A stretch of DNA of 64,000 bases. Origin: Longimicrobiales bacterium (GTDB lineage: Bacteria > Gemmatimonadota > Gemmatimonadetes > Longimicrobiales > Gaopeijiaceae). Below are positions 1-9,181 of this stretch, piece after piece (positions within the stretch are counted from its first letter, which is position 1; the number at the start of each line of letters is the position of its first letter). The position numbers were made by a program, and so were the translations under genes. The notes below the pieces were generated by a model. The model did no database searches and was not told where the DNA came from. It was given only the letters and a program-made list of their open reading frames with translations. Location: NCBI GenBank assembly GCA_965116905.1, contig OZ220732.1, forward strand, positions 2,752,001 through 2,816,000. The letters are read 5' to 3'.

Positions 1-597
1 GGCCATCCGGGCGGCGATACGGCGGGCTTCGGCAAGGTGCTGCCCTTCGGCAACGAGAAACTCCACCAGCCCGATCCGGTGGGCCTCCTCTGCGTCCACA
101 AAGTCGCCGCACAGGCCAATCCTCATGGCCTGTCCGGGCCCCACCAGCCGCGCCAGCCTCTGGGTGCCGCCCGCGCCGGGGATCAGCCCGAGGCGAACCT
201 CGAACTGCCCGAAGCGGGCCGTCGTGTCGGCGACCCTCAGGTCGCATGCCAGGGCGAGTTCGTTGCCGCCCCCCAGGCAGAAGCCGTGGACGGCGCAGAT
301 CACCGGTTTCGGGAACTCGGCGAGTGCGTCGTAGACCCGCCGCTTCCCGTAGACCTCACGCTGCTCGTCCGGCGTGCGGGCGGCGAACTCGCTCACGTCC
401 GCGCCGGCGACGAACGCCTTGTCCCCGGCTCCGCTCAGAATCGCGACCTTGGCGTCGTCGCGGTCGGCGATGGCATCGAACACTTCGGTCAGCTCCCGCC
501 GGACGGCTTCGTTCAGCGCATTCAGCTTCCGGGGCCGGTTGATCGTGACCTCGGCGATCCCACCGTCGACGGAGAGCACGACGTGTGCGTGGTTCAT
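1..597 (-). CDS. enoyl-CoA hydratase/isomerase (crotonase) family protein, 3' part beyond window edge
   Basis: Manual minus-strand translation from ATG 597: MNHAHVVLSVDGGIAEVTINRPRKLNALN...AFVAGADVSEF...KPVICAVHGFCLGGGNELALACDLRVA...FGQFEVRLGLIPGAGGTQRL; not in the ORF track because no stop lies in the window. Confidence 0.92.
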   Translation of the reverse strand, partial: MNHAHVVLSVDGGIAEVTINRPRKLNALNEAVRRELTEVFDAIADRDDAKVAILSGAGDKAFVAGADVSEFAARTPDEQREVYGKRRVYDALAEFPKPVICAVHGFCLGGGNELALACDLRVADTTARFGQFEVRLGLIPGAGGTQRLARLVGPGQAMRIGLCGDFVDAEEAHRIGLVEFLVAEGQHLAEARRIAARMA

Positions 598-613
598 GCG
601 GCGCTCCGGTCCC

Positions 614-1486
614 TCATCGTTCGGTGTCCCAGTCGTAGAATCCCTTTCCCGTCTTCCTTCCCAGCCTGCCCTCGGCCACCATCCGCTCGAGCAGGGCGGG
701 CGGCCGGAACGCCTCGGAGCGCAGGGTCTCATGGAGGTAGCGGGCGATCCCGAGTCGCACGTCCAGTCCCACGAGGTCGGTCAGCCGCAGCGGACCCATC
801 GGATGGCGGTAGCCGAGGACCATCGCCTTGTCGATGTCGGCCGGGGACGCGACTCCGGCTTCGACCATGCGCATGGCCTCGAGTCCCAGGACCACGCCCA
901 GCCGCGACGATGCGAACCCCGGCGAATCTGCCACGACAATCGGCTCCTTCCCCAGTCCGTTCGCGAACGCAACACAGCGATCCACGACGGCGGCCTCGGT
1001 GTCGTCGCCCCGCACCACTTCGACGAGCGCCATGATGTGCACCGGGTTGAAGAAATGGAGCCCGAGGAAGCGCCCCGGGGAAGGCAGCCCGGCACCGATC
1101 CCGGTCACCGACAGGGAGGAGGTGTTGCTGGCCAGGATCACCTCGCCGGACACGGCCTCGGCCACCTCGCGGAATATCGTCCGCTTCAGCTCGATCACCT
1201 CCGGCACGGCTTCGATCACCAGGTCGGCGCCCTCGACCGCCTCGCCCAGCTCCACGGCTCCGGACAGGCGCTTCCAGGCTGCGTCGCGGCTGGCCCCCGC
1301 CACCTTGCCCAGGCGCACGCCCTTGTCCAGGGTTTTCGCGATCCGGGCCAGGGCGCGCTCGAGCTGCCCGGGGTCGACATCCTGGAGCACGGTCTCGTGG
1401 CCCGCCAGCGCGCAGACCTGTGCGATGCCGTGCCCCATGGCGCCGGCCCCGATGACCGCCACCCTCCCGATCCCGTGATCGGACAT
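614..1486 (-). CDS. 3-hydroxyacyl-CoA dehydrogenase (PaaH/Hbd-like)
   Basis: C-terminal part of ORF 614..2245; GAGAMGHG Rossmann motif, LASNTSSLS, GLHFFNPV, HPMGPL, GRLGRKTGKGFY; ATG 1486 overlaps the thiolase stop. Confidence 0.93.
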   Translation of the reverse strand: MSDHGIGRVAVIGAGAMGHGIAQVCALAGHETVLQDVDPGQLERALARIAKTLDKGVRLGKVAGASRDAAWKRLSGAVELGEAVEGADLVIEAVPEVIELKRTIFREVAEAVSGEVILASNTSSLSVTGIGAGLPSPGRFLGLHFFNPVHIMALVEVVRGDDTEAAVVDRCVAFANGLGKEPIVVADSPGFASSRLGVVLGLEAMRMVEAGVASPADIDKAMVLGYRHPMGPLRLTDLVGLDVRLGIARYLHETLRSEAFRPPALLERMVAEGRLGRKTGKGFYDWDTER

Positions 1487-2682
1487 CAGTTCCGTTCCAC
1501 CACGGCCGCGATCCCCTGGCCGACGCCGATGCACATCGTGGCCAGCCCCAACTGCGCGTCGCGGCGGACCATCTCGTGAACCAGCGTGGTCAGGATGCGG
1601 GCTCCCGAGCACCCGACCGGGTGGCCCAGGGCGATGGCCCCGCCGTTCACGTTGACCATGCCGGGGTCGAGGTCGAGCTCCCGCATGCACGGGATCGCCT
1701 GGGCCGCAAACGCCTCGTTCAGCTCCGCGAGGTCGAGGTCCCGCGCCGAGGCACCCACCCTCTCGAGGCACCGGCGCGTCGCGGGGACCGGGCCGATGCC
1801 CATCCTGTGAGGTGCGACGCCCGCCACGGCGGCCCCGCGCACGACCGCCATGGGCCGCAGCCCCCGAGCGCGCGCGGCCTCGCCCTCGACGACCAGCATC
1901 GCGGCCGCCCCGTCGTTGATCCCGGACGAGTTCCCCGCGGTGACGGTGCCGTCCCGCTCGAATACGGGACGCAGCCGCGACAGGGCCTCGGCGGTGGTCC
2001 CCGGCCGGGGGTGCTCGTCGCGGTCCAGGACGATGGGGTCTCCCCTCCGCCGTGGCACCGTGACCGGCACGATCTCGGGCTCGAGGCGGCCTGCCTCGAT
2101 CGCGGCCGCAGCACTGGCTTGGCTGTTCGCGGCGAACGCGTCCTGCTCCGCGCGGCTCACGCCGAACTCGCGCGCGACCACCTCTGCCGTCCGTCCGAGT
2201 CCGATCGTCCATTCGTCGGGCAGGCGGGGGTTGGCGAAGCGCCACCCCAGCACCGTATCGGCCACCTCCGGCACGCCTCGGGTGTAGCCGCGCTCCGGCT
2301 TCAGCATCACAAAGGGGGCCCGGCTCATGGACTCGACGCCGCCGGCGATGAACGCGTCACCTTCGCCCGCCCGAATCGCGTGGAAGGCGCTGACCACCGC
2401 CTGCAGTCCCGACCCGCAGAGGCGATTCACCGTCTGGCCCGGGACCTCGACGGGCAGGCCGGCGCGCAGGAGGGCCATGCGGGCGACGTTGCGGTTGTCT
2501 TCGCCGGCCTGGTTGGTGCATCCGAAGACCACGTCGGCGAGCTCCGAGGCAGGGAAGCCCGTGCGGTCGAGCAGGGCCTGGATGGTCGTCGCGGCCAGGT
2601 CGTCGGGACGGACGGGCGCGAGCGTGCCCCCGTGCCGGCCGATCGGCGTGCGAACCGCGTCGATGATCCATGCCTCGCGCAT
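1486..2682 (-). CDS. acetyl-CoA C-acyltransferase / 3-oxoadipyl-CoA thiolase (PaaJ/PcaF-like)
   Basis: NQAGEDNRNVARM, NRLCGSG, NEAFAAQ, GAIALGHP, MCIGVGQG thiolase motifs. Confidence 0.93.
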   Translation of the reverse strand: MREAWIIDAVRTPIGRHGGTLAPVRPDDLAATTIQALLDRTGFPASELADVVFGCTNQAGEDNRNVARMALLRAGLPVEVPGQTVNRLCGSGLQAVVSAFHAIRAGEGDAFIAGGVESMSRAPFVMLKPERGYTRGVPEVADTVLGWRFANPRLPDEWTIGLGRTAEVVAREFGVSRAEQDAFAANSQASAAAAIEAGRLEPEIVPVTVPRRRGDPIVLDRDEHPRPGTTAEALSRLRPVFERDGTVTAGNSSGINDGAAAMLVVEGEAARARGLRPMAVVRGAAVAGVAPHRMGIGPVPATRRCLERVGASARDLDLAELNEAFAAQAIPCMRELDLDPGMVNVNGGAIALGHPVGCSGARILTTLVHEMVRRDAQLGLATMCIGVGQGIAAVVERN

Positions 2683-2691
2683 GCCGGTCGA

Positions 2692-4164
2692 CTATCCGTC
2701 CAGCGCCACCCAGACGCTCTTGAGGTGGGTGTACTTCTCGAGTGCGGAATGGAAGCCGAGGTCGCGCCCGAAGCCGCTCTGCTTGTATCCCCCGAACGGC
2801 GACGCGGGCGAGTACTGGTTGTACGTGTTGACCCAGACCGTGCCGGCATCGATGGCTCCGGCAAGCCGATGGGCCTTGCCGATGTCACGGGTCCACACCC
2901 CCGCCGCGAGCCCGTACAGCGAGTCGTTGGCCTTCCGGACGGCGTCGTCGACGTCGTCGAAGGGGATGACCGCGGCCACCGGGCCGAAGATCTCCTCGCG
3001 CGCGATCGACATCTCGGGGTCCACGTCGCGGAACACGGTGGCGTTCACGAAGTGGCCGCGGCCGTTGACCGTTGCCCGCTCACCCCCCGCGACCAGGCAG
3101 GCGCCGTCCCGCTTGCCCGCCTCGATGTACCCCATGACACGGTCCAGCTGCGCCTCGCTCACAATGGCCCCGAGGCGCGTTGACGAGTCCATCGGGTCGC
3201 CCACGGTGGCCCGCGCGGCGCCCGCCTGAAGCCCGGCCACGAATTCGTCGTGGATCCGCGACTCGACGAGGATGCGGCTGCCCGCGGCGCAAACCTCGCC
3301 CTTGCCGTAGAAGATCCCTGACGAAGCGCCCTTGAGCGCGCCGCGGAGGTCGGCGTCCGCGAAGACGATGTTGGGAGACTTCCCGCCCAGCTCGAGCGAG
3401 ACCTTCTTCAGCGTGTCCGCGGCCTCGCGCATGATGATCTTGCCGACCTCGGTCGATCCGGTGAACGAAATCGCGTCCACGCCCGGGTGCCGCACGAGGG
3501 CCGCGCCCGCGGTCTCTCCGAACCCTGGCACGACGTTGAGCACGCCCGCGGGCAACCCGGCTTCGGCCGCCAGCTCCCCGAGACGCAACGCGGTCAGCGG
3601 GGTCTCCTCGGCGGGTTTCAGAACCACGGTGTTTCCGCACGCCAGCGCCGGAGCGACCTTCCAGGCCGCCATCGACAGGGGGAAGTTCCACGGGATGATC
3701 GCCCCCACCACGCCGATGGGTTCCCGCAGCGTGTAGTTGAGGAACGGTCCCGGCACAGGCACGGTGTCCCCCTGCACCTTGTCGGCGAGGCCCGCGTAGT
3801 AGCGCAGGGTCTGGGCGACGCTCGGGATATCGATCCGGCGAGCCTCGAAGTAGGGCTTGCCGTTGTCCCGCGTTTCCAGCAACCCGAGTTCGTCCGCGTT
3901 CGCGTCCACGAGATCGGCGAGCTTCCACAGCAGCCGTGAGCGCTTGTGCGGGTTCATGCGGCGCCACCTGCCGTCCGCGAATGCCGCGCGGGCCGCCTGG
4001 ACGGCACGATCGATGTCTTCCGCACGGGCTTCCGCCACGTCCGCGATGACCCGCTCGGTGGCCGGGTTGATCGTGGCGAATGTGCCGCCCCCCTGCGCGT
4101 CGACCCACTCGTTGCCGATCCAGAGCCGTGTGCGGATCCCCTCTGCCGTGTGCGTTGCGGACAC
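2692..4164 (-). CDS. aldehyde dehydrogenase family protein
   Basis: IIPWNFP, KPAEETP, FTGSTEVG, LELGGKSP, GEVCAAGSR (catalytic Cys), EEIFGPV. Confidence 0.95.
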   Translation of the reverse strand: MSATHTAEGIRTRLWIGNEWVDAQGGGTFATINPATERVIADVAEARAEDIDRAVQAARAAFADGRWRRMNPHKRSRLLWKLADLVDANADELGLLETRDNGKPYFEARRIDIPSVAQTLRYYAGLADKVQGDTVPVPGPFLNYTLREPIGVVGAIIPWNFPLSMAAWKVAPALACGNTVVLKPAEETPLTALRLGELAAEAGLPAGVLNVVPGFGETAGAALVRHPGVDAISFTGSTEVGKIIMREAADTLKKVSLELGGKSPNIVFADADLRGALKGASSGIFYGKGEVCAAGSRILVESRIHDEFVAGLQAGAARATVGDPMDSSTRLGAIVSEAQLDRVMGYIEAGKRDGACLVAGGERATVNGRGHFVNATVFRDVDPEMSIAREEIFGPVAAVIPFDDVDDAVRKANDSLYGLAAGVWTRDIGKAHRLAGAIDAGTVWVNTYNQYSPASPFGGYKQSGFGRDLGFHSALEKYTHLKSVWVALDG

Positions 4165-4170
4165 CGGACG

Positions 4171-4974
4171 TCAGCTGCCGGAGAAGTCGGGCTTCCGCTT
4201 CTCGACGTACGCGTTCAGTCCCTCGGTGGCGTCGTCGCTGGCGAACAGCTGTTGCTGCAGCTCGCGCTCGAGCGCCAGCGCGGTCTCGAAGGGGATCTCG
4301 GCTCCGGTCTGTACCGACCGCTTGATCAGCCCGACCGCCTTGGAGGCGCGGTTCGGGGGACAGAAGGTGCGTGCGTAGTCGACCACCTTCGCCATGAAGT
4401 CGTCCAGCGTTTCCGTTTCCCACACCTGGTTGACGATGCCCAGCTCCAGGGCGCGGTCGAAGCCGAACGTGCTGCCGGTCGTCATCAGTTCGATCGCGGC
4501 GGCCTTGCCGACGAGCCGCGTGAGCCGCTGGGTGCCGCCAGTGCCGGGAAGAACGCCGAGATTGACCTCGGGCAGTCCGCACATGCTGCGGCCGGCGCGC
4601 GCGATCCGCATGTCGGCGGCCATCGCGATTTCGAGCCCGCCGCCTACTGTGTGGCCGTTCAGCGCGGCGATCGTCAGCTTCGGGGTGTGCTCGAGGCGGT
4701 TGAGCGTCTCGTTGGCGTGGAGGCAGAAGCAGTACTTGAAGCCCGTGGTCACGGTCGAGAGCATGCCGATATTGGCACCCGCCGAGAAGAACTTCTCGCC
4801 TTTGCCGGTCAGGACGATCACGTGGACATCGTCGTCGAAGCGCGCACGCAGAATCGCATCGTCGAGCTGGCGCATCATCTCGTGGGTATACGTGTTGGCG
4901 GGGGGGTCGTCCAGGGTGATCAGGGCGACGCCGTCCCCGGCGGCAGCGTAGCGAACAAGGGTCTTTTCGGACAT
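4171..4974 (-). CDS. crotonase-family protein resembling the N-terminal domain of BoxC
   Basis: FFSAGANIGML, FCLHANETLN, NGHTVGGGLE, GLPEVNLGVLPGTGGTQR; ATG 4974 preceded by AAGGA. Confidence 0.88.
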   Translation of the reverse strand: MSEKTLVRYAAAGDGVALITLDDPPANTYTHEMMRQLDDAILRARFDDDVHVIVLTGKGEKFFSAGANIGMLSTVTTGFKYCFCLHANETLNRLEHTPKLTIAALNGHTVGGGLEIAMAADMRIARAGRSMCGLPEVNLGVLPGTGGTQRLTRLVGKAAAIELMTTGSTFGFDRALELGIVNQVWETETLDDFMAKVVDYARTFCPPNRASKAVGLIKRSVQTGAEIPFETALALERELQQQLFASDDATEGLNAYVEKRKPDFSGS

Positions 4975-5062
4975 CGGAAATCGATCCTTTGGAGGGTGTG
5001 GAGAGTGGAGCAAAGATAACACGGGGCTCAAGGAATTCCCGCGTGGCCGTTAGATTAGGCCC

Positions 5063-5851
5063 ATGCATGAAACCGACCTTCTCGTACGCGCCGGACGTGA
5101 CGCCGGGCCGCCCTGGGGGCGGGGCGTCCGCCGGGGCCCGGGCATTGCGCTGCTCGGTGTCGGGACCGCGATGCTCGCGGGGCTGTCGAGCGCGTGCCAC
5201 GAGACCCTGACCCAGGTCGATTCGCGGGTGGTGGCGCCGGCCACGCGGCCCGCGCTCGATATCGCGGCCAGCCTGCCGCGTCTTGCCGACCTGGTGACGG
5301 AGCAGGAGGGGGGCGCCGCCGAGACGACCCTCGGCCGATGGGAGGACTCCTGGAGCATGGCGATGGCCCCGGGCGGCCGCGTGCGCGCGGATATCTATCG
5401 TGCGGCCGGGGAACGGGGCCTGGCGTTCGATACGGCCGCGGCCCGCACCGCGCTCGAGGCACTACACGCGACGCTCGCCGAAATCGAGGGCGTTGCGCAT
5501 CCTCTGCCGCCGCACATCTCCCTGCGGCTCACGGAGGCGCAGCGTCTCCTTCGCGCTGCCGAAGCCGCGCATGAGGAGGGGGATGTGACCGAATCCGTGC
5601 TGGCGACGCTGCGATCCGCGGACGCGCTCCGCGGGACGACGCCGGCCGTGGTCGCGCTTGATCTTGTGGAGACGGCGGAGCGCGCGCTTGAGACCGCGCG
5701 TGACGAAGTGGAAGAGTCGGCACCCGCCGATCACGCGCGGGCACGCCGGCTCACGGAATGGGCGCGATCCGCAGTGGATATGGAGGACTACGAGAAAGCC
5801 ATTCAGCGCGCCTACTATGCTTGCAGGCTGCTTGGCCTCGACCTCCGGTGA
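5063..5851 (+). CDS. hypothetical helical protein, probable lipoprotein
   Basis: Fills the gap between divergent operons; hydrophobic stretch ending LSSAC (lipobox-like); start uncertain. Confidence 0.65.
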   Translation: MHETDLLVRAGRDAGPPWGRGVRRGPGIALLGVGTAMLAGLSSACHETLTQVDSRVVAPATRPALDIAASLPRLADLVTEQEGGAAETTLGRWEDSWSMAMAPGGRVRADIYRAAGERGLAFDTAAARTALEALHATLAEIEGVAHPLPPHISLRLTEAQRLLRAAEAAHEEGDVTESVLATLRSADALRGTTPAVVALDLVETAERALETARDEVEESAPADHARARRLTEWARSAVDMEDYEKAIQRAYYACRLLGLDLR

Positions 5852-6016
5852 TGGCATGGGGAGCGCATGCAGAGCCCGGCACGTAGATTGTTCCGTGTGT
5901 GTCGAACGTAGCCCGTTAGTGAGAGCAGGGGCGCCGCGACCTCCGGGCCGGGAGTGCCGGGAGCCGGGGCGCGCCCGGATCCGACCCCGATGGAGGGTCA
6001 CACCGACCGCTATGGA

Positions 6017-7378
6017 ATGAGTGCCATGGACAGATCCTGTACGGAGAGATCGGGACGCGCCGGCGTGTCCGCCTTCGTCCTGCTTTGGCTTTCCGCCTTT
6101 TCCACGGCCGCCGCCGGCCAGGAGCACGTGGTCCGGGTGCCGGTGTCGGGCACCGTCGAGATGGGACTTGCCCCGTTCATCGAGCGCACGATCGAAGAGG
6201 CCGAGGCGGACGGGGCGGCCGCGGTCGTCCTTGAAATCGAGACCCCCGGCGGCCGCGTGGACGCGGCGGAACGGATCACCAGCGCCATCAGCCGCGCGGA
6301 ATTGCCGGTCTACGCCTACGTGAACCTGCACGCATACTCGGCGGGGGCGATGATCGCCCTGGCGACCGAGCGGGTGTTCATGAGGGAAGGGTCCGTCATG
6401 GGCGCGGCGACGCCCGTCGACGGGAGCGGCACGAAGGGTTCGGAGAAGATCGTGTCGGCGATGCGGGCCCGGATGCGCGCGCTTGCGGAGGCGCGTGATC
6501 TCGACCCCGCGGTGGCCGAGGCCATGGTGGACGAGGAGATCGCGATCGCGGGGGTGGTCGAAGAGGGGAAGCTGCTCACGCTGACGACCGCCGAAGCGGT
6601 CGGGCTCGGCTATGCGACCGCGGTGGACGATTGGGCCGATCTGATCGCGGTGCTCGAGCTGGAGCAGGCTCCGGTGAACGAGGCCACCGTCAACTGGGCC
6701 GAGCGCCTTGTCCGGTTTCTGACCAACCCGGTGATCGCCCCCTTCCTTCTTTCGCTGGGCTTTCTGGGCCTGATCGTCGAAGTCAAGACCGCGGGGTTCG
6801 GTCTGGCCGGGATCGCGGGACTCCTGTCCCTGGCGATGTTCTTCGGCGCCCACCTGTTGCTGGGGCTGGCCGGCGCGGAGGACCTCATCCTCGTGATGGC
6901 GGGCATCGTGCTCATCCTTGTCGAGATCTTCGTCATCCCCGGTTTCGGGATCTTCGGGATTCTCGGGGGATTGGCGCTCGTTGGAGGACTTGTCCTCGCC
7001 CAGGTGGGCGCCTACCCGACCGGGGCGGACTTCGCCCAGGCGGGTACCGTCATCACCGTGTCGACCATCCTGGTCGGGGTCGCCGCCTGGCTCATCCTGC
7101 GCTCGATCCCGGGCAGCTGGCGGTTGAAGCGCAGCGGGGTCCTGCTCCCCGAATCCACGGACCGCGACGAGGGCTACACGTCCGCGGACGTGCGCCTGGA
7201 TCTGGAGGGCGCCGTGGGCGTGGCGATCACGGACCTCCGGCCCGCCGGCGTGGGGCTCTTCACGGACGAGCGCATGGATGTCGTCTCGGAGAGCGAGTGG
7301 ATCGAGGAGGGCACGAAGATCCGGATCATCAGCGCAGAGGGATACCGGCACATCGTACGTGCCGTCAAATCAACATAA
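6017..7378 (+). CDS. nfeD: NfeD family membrane-bound serine protease (ClpP-class N-domain, TM region, C-terminal OB fold)
   Basis: IETPGGRVD, AYSAGAMIA, KLLTLT, FVIPGFG, TDLRPAG; upstream of floA; start 6017 or 6026. Confidence 0.9.
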   Translation: MSAMDRSCTERSGRAGVSAFVLLWLSAFSTAAAGQEHVVRVPVSGTVEMGLAPFIERTIEEAEADGAAAVVLEIETPGGRVDAAERITSAISRAELPVYAYVNLHAYSAGAMIALATERVFMREGSVMGAATPVDGSGTKGSEKIVSAMRARMRALAEARDLDPAVAEAMVDEEIAIAGVVEEGKLLTLTTAEAVGLGYATAVDDWADLIAVLELEQAPVNEATVNWAERLVRFLTNPVIAPFLLSLGFLGLIVEVKTAGFGLAGIAGLLSLAMFFGAHLLLGLAGAEDLILVMAGIVLILVEIFVIPGFGIFGILGGLALVGGLVLAQVGAYPTGADFAQAGTVITVSTILVGVAAWLILRSIPGSWRLKRSGVLLPESTDRDEGYTSADVRLDLEGAVGVAITDLRPAGVGLFTDERMDVVSESEWIEEGTKIRIISAEGYRHIVRAVKST

Positions 7379-7393
7379 GGAACGGAACAGCAA

Positions 7394-8380
7394 ATGAACC
7401 CATTGATCATGCCCGCACTCATTGTCTTCCTGGTCTTCATCGGGATTCTCGTGCTAACCTGGGCGGTACCGGTCCGCCTGTGGATCGAGGCGATATTCTC
7501 CGGTGTGAGGCTCGGGCTCGGCAGTCTGGTCGGCATGCGCCTGCGCAAGGTCAGCCCGCCGGCGGTGGTGAGGCCGCTCATCGCGTCGACGAAGGCTGGC
7601 CTTCCGCTCGACGTTTCCCATCTCGAGGCCCACTACCTGGCCGGCGGCAGCGTGGACCGCGTGGTGCGGGCGCTGATCAGCGCCGACAAGGCCACGATCG
7701 ACCTGCCGTTCCAGCAGGCGGCGGCGATCGATCTGGCGGGTCGTGACGTCTTCGAGGCGGTCCAGGTTTCGGTCAACCCGAAGGTGGTGCAGACGCCCCG
7801 CGTGGCCGCGATGGCCAAGGACGGGATCCAGCTCATCGCCGTGGCCCGCGTGACCGTGCGCGCGAACATCAACCGCCTGGTCGGCGGTGCGGGGGAGGAG
7901 ACGATCCTGGCACGGGTCGGCGAGGGGATCGTGTCGACGATCGGGTCCGCGGACACGCACAAGAGCGTGCTCGAGAACCCCGACCTGATCTCCAAGAGCG
8001 TTCTGCAGAAGGGACTGGACTCGGGCACCGCGTTCGAAATCCTGTCCATCGACATCGCGGATGTGGACGTCGGCAAGAACATCGGGGCCGAGTTGCAGAC
8101 GGATCAGGCCGAGGCCGACAAGCGCGTCGCCCAGGCACGCGCCGAGGAGCGCCGGGCAATGGCCATGGCCCAGGAGCAGGAGATGAAGGCCCGCGTGGAG
8201 GAGATGCGGGCGGAGGTCATCGCGGCCGAGGCGCAGGTCCCGCTGGCGATGGCCGATGCGTTCCGCTCCGGGAACATGGGGATCATGGACTACGCGAGGT
8301 ACCGCAACATCGAGTCGGACACGCACATGAGACGCGCCATCTCCGAGGGCGAGCCCGACCAGCAGGCACCACCGAGCTGA
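7394..8380 (+). CDS. floA: flotillin-like protein FloA (YqfA family)
   Basis: [63 protein letters not shown]. Confidence 0.95.
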   Translation: MNPLIMPALIVFLVFIGILVLTWAVPVRLWIEAIFSGVRLGLGSLVGMRLRKVSPPAVVRPLIASTKAGLPLDVSHLEAHYLAGGSVDRVVRALISADKATIDLPFQQAAAIDLAGRDVFEAVQVSVNPKVVQTPRVAAMAKDGIQLIAVARVTVRANINRLVGGAGEETILARVGEGIVSTIGSADTHKSVLENPDLISKSVLQKGLDSGTAFEILSIDIADVDVGKNIGAELQTDQAEADKRVAQARAEERRAMAMAQEQEMKARVEEMRAEVIAAEAQVPLAMADAFRSGNMGIMDYARYRNIESDTHMRRAISEGEPDQQAPPS

Positions 8381-8390
8381 GGACCCTGGC

Positions 8391-9092
8391 GTGGACATCA
8401 GATTCCTCCTGATCCTCGCGGTCGTGGCCGCGATCATGGAAATCCTGGGCAGGTTGGCGCGCAGGGGCGCCGGCACGGAGGCGCCCCGCGTGCCGGGAGC
8501 GGATACGGCCGATCCGTCGATGCCGCGGTTGGAGGATCTGGATTGGTTGCCCGGTGTTCACGAGGAGGAAGACGGGCAGCGGACAGGCCGGGACCCCGTG
8601 GTGCCGGAGAAGCCCGTGCCGGCGCCCGAGCCAACGCGGCCGCCGGTGCCTACGCGCGTGCCCGAGCCTACGCGCGTGCCCGAGCCGGTGCGAGTGCGGG
8701 AGCCGGCTCCGCAACCACGCTCCGCGCCACCGCGGCCAACGCCTCCCGCGGTGCCGCCGGACGGCTACCGGGACCGGGCTCCGCGGCCCGTCGTGGTCCG
8801 CTCGCGCGAGGCCCGTCCGATCGAGTCGCGGCGCCGGGAGCGAAGGCCGTCGGCAGCGGAAACGCGCGTCGCCGAGCGTGCGGCGGCGGGTACGGAGCAG
8901 TTGCTCAGGCGCCGGCGGGAACCTGAATCGGAGCGCGCGCCATCGGCCGAACGCGCGGGAGCGGCGGCGACCGGGGCCGGGCCCGGCGACCGGCTGGGCC
9001 TTGGATCGCGGAGAGGGTTGCGCAGGCTCGTCGTGGCCCGGGAGGTGCTGGGCCCGCCGCTCGCGTTGCGGGACAGCGAACGGCGGACGTAG
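8391..9092 (+). CDS. membrane-anchored Pro-rich protein (YqfB-like position after floA)
   Basis: GTG start after GAGGA; N-terminal TM helix, disordered middle, C-terminal LRRLVVAREVLGPPLALR. Confidence 0.7.
   Translation: MDIRFLLILAVVAAIMEILGRLARRGAGTEAPRVPGADTADPSMPRLEDLDWLPGVHEEEDGQRTGRDPVVPEKPVPAPEPTRPPVPTRVPEPTRVPEPVRVREPAPQPRSAPPRPTPPAVPPDGYRDRAPRPVVVRSREARPIESRRRERRPSAAETRVAERAAAGTEQLLRRRREPESERAPSAERAGAAATGAGPGDRLGLGSRRGLRRLVVAREVLGPPLALRDSERRT
8648..8686 (+). repeat. 18-bp in-frame tandem duplication (PTRVPE x2)
   Basis: gcctacgcgcgtgcccga x2 + gcc. Confidence 0.85.
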
Positions 9093-9123
9093 GCGCCCTT
9101 CGGCCGGTTGACCTGTGGCCGGC

Positions 9124-9181
9124 CCGCGAACCGCGAACGGGCTAGCGAACCGGGGCCAGGCTGGCGAACCGGGGCCGGCTA
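9124..9181. repeat. short tandem repeats in convergent intergenic region, last partial unit overlapping acnA stop
   Basis: ccgcgaa x2, then ggctagcgaaccggggcca / ggctggcgaaccggggcc / ggcta. Confidence 0.75.

Noticed and set aside
5020..5062. GGAAT...CGTT as an ECF promoter before the 5063 gene
   Set aside because: Spacing between the elements is too short for a canonical ECF promoter.
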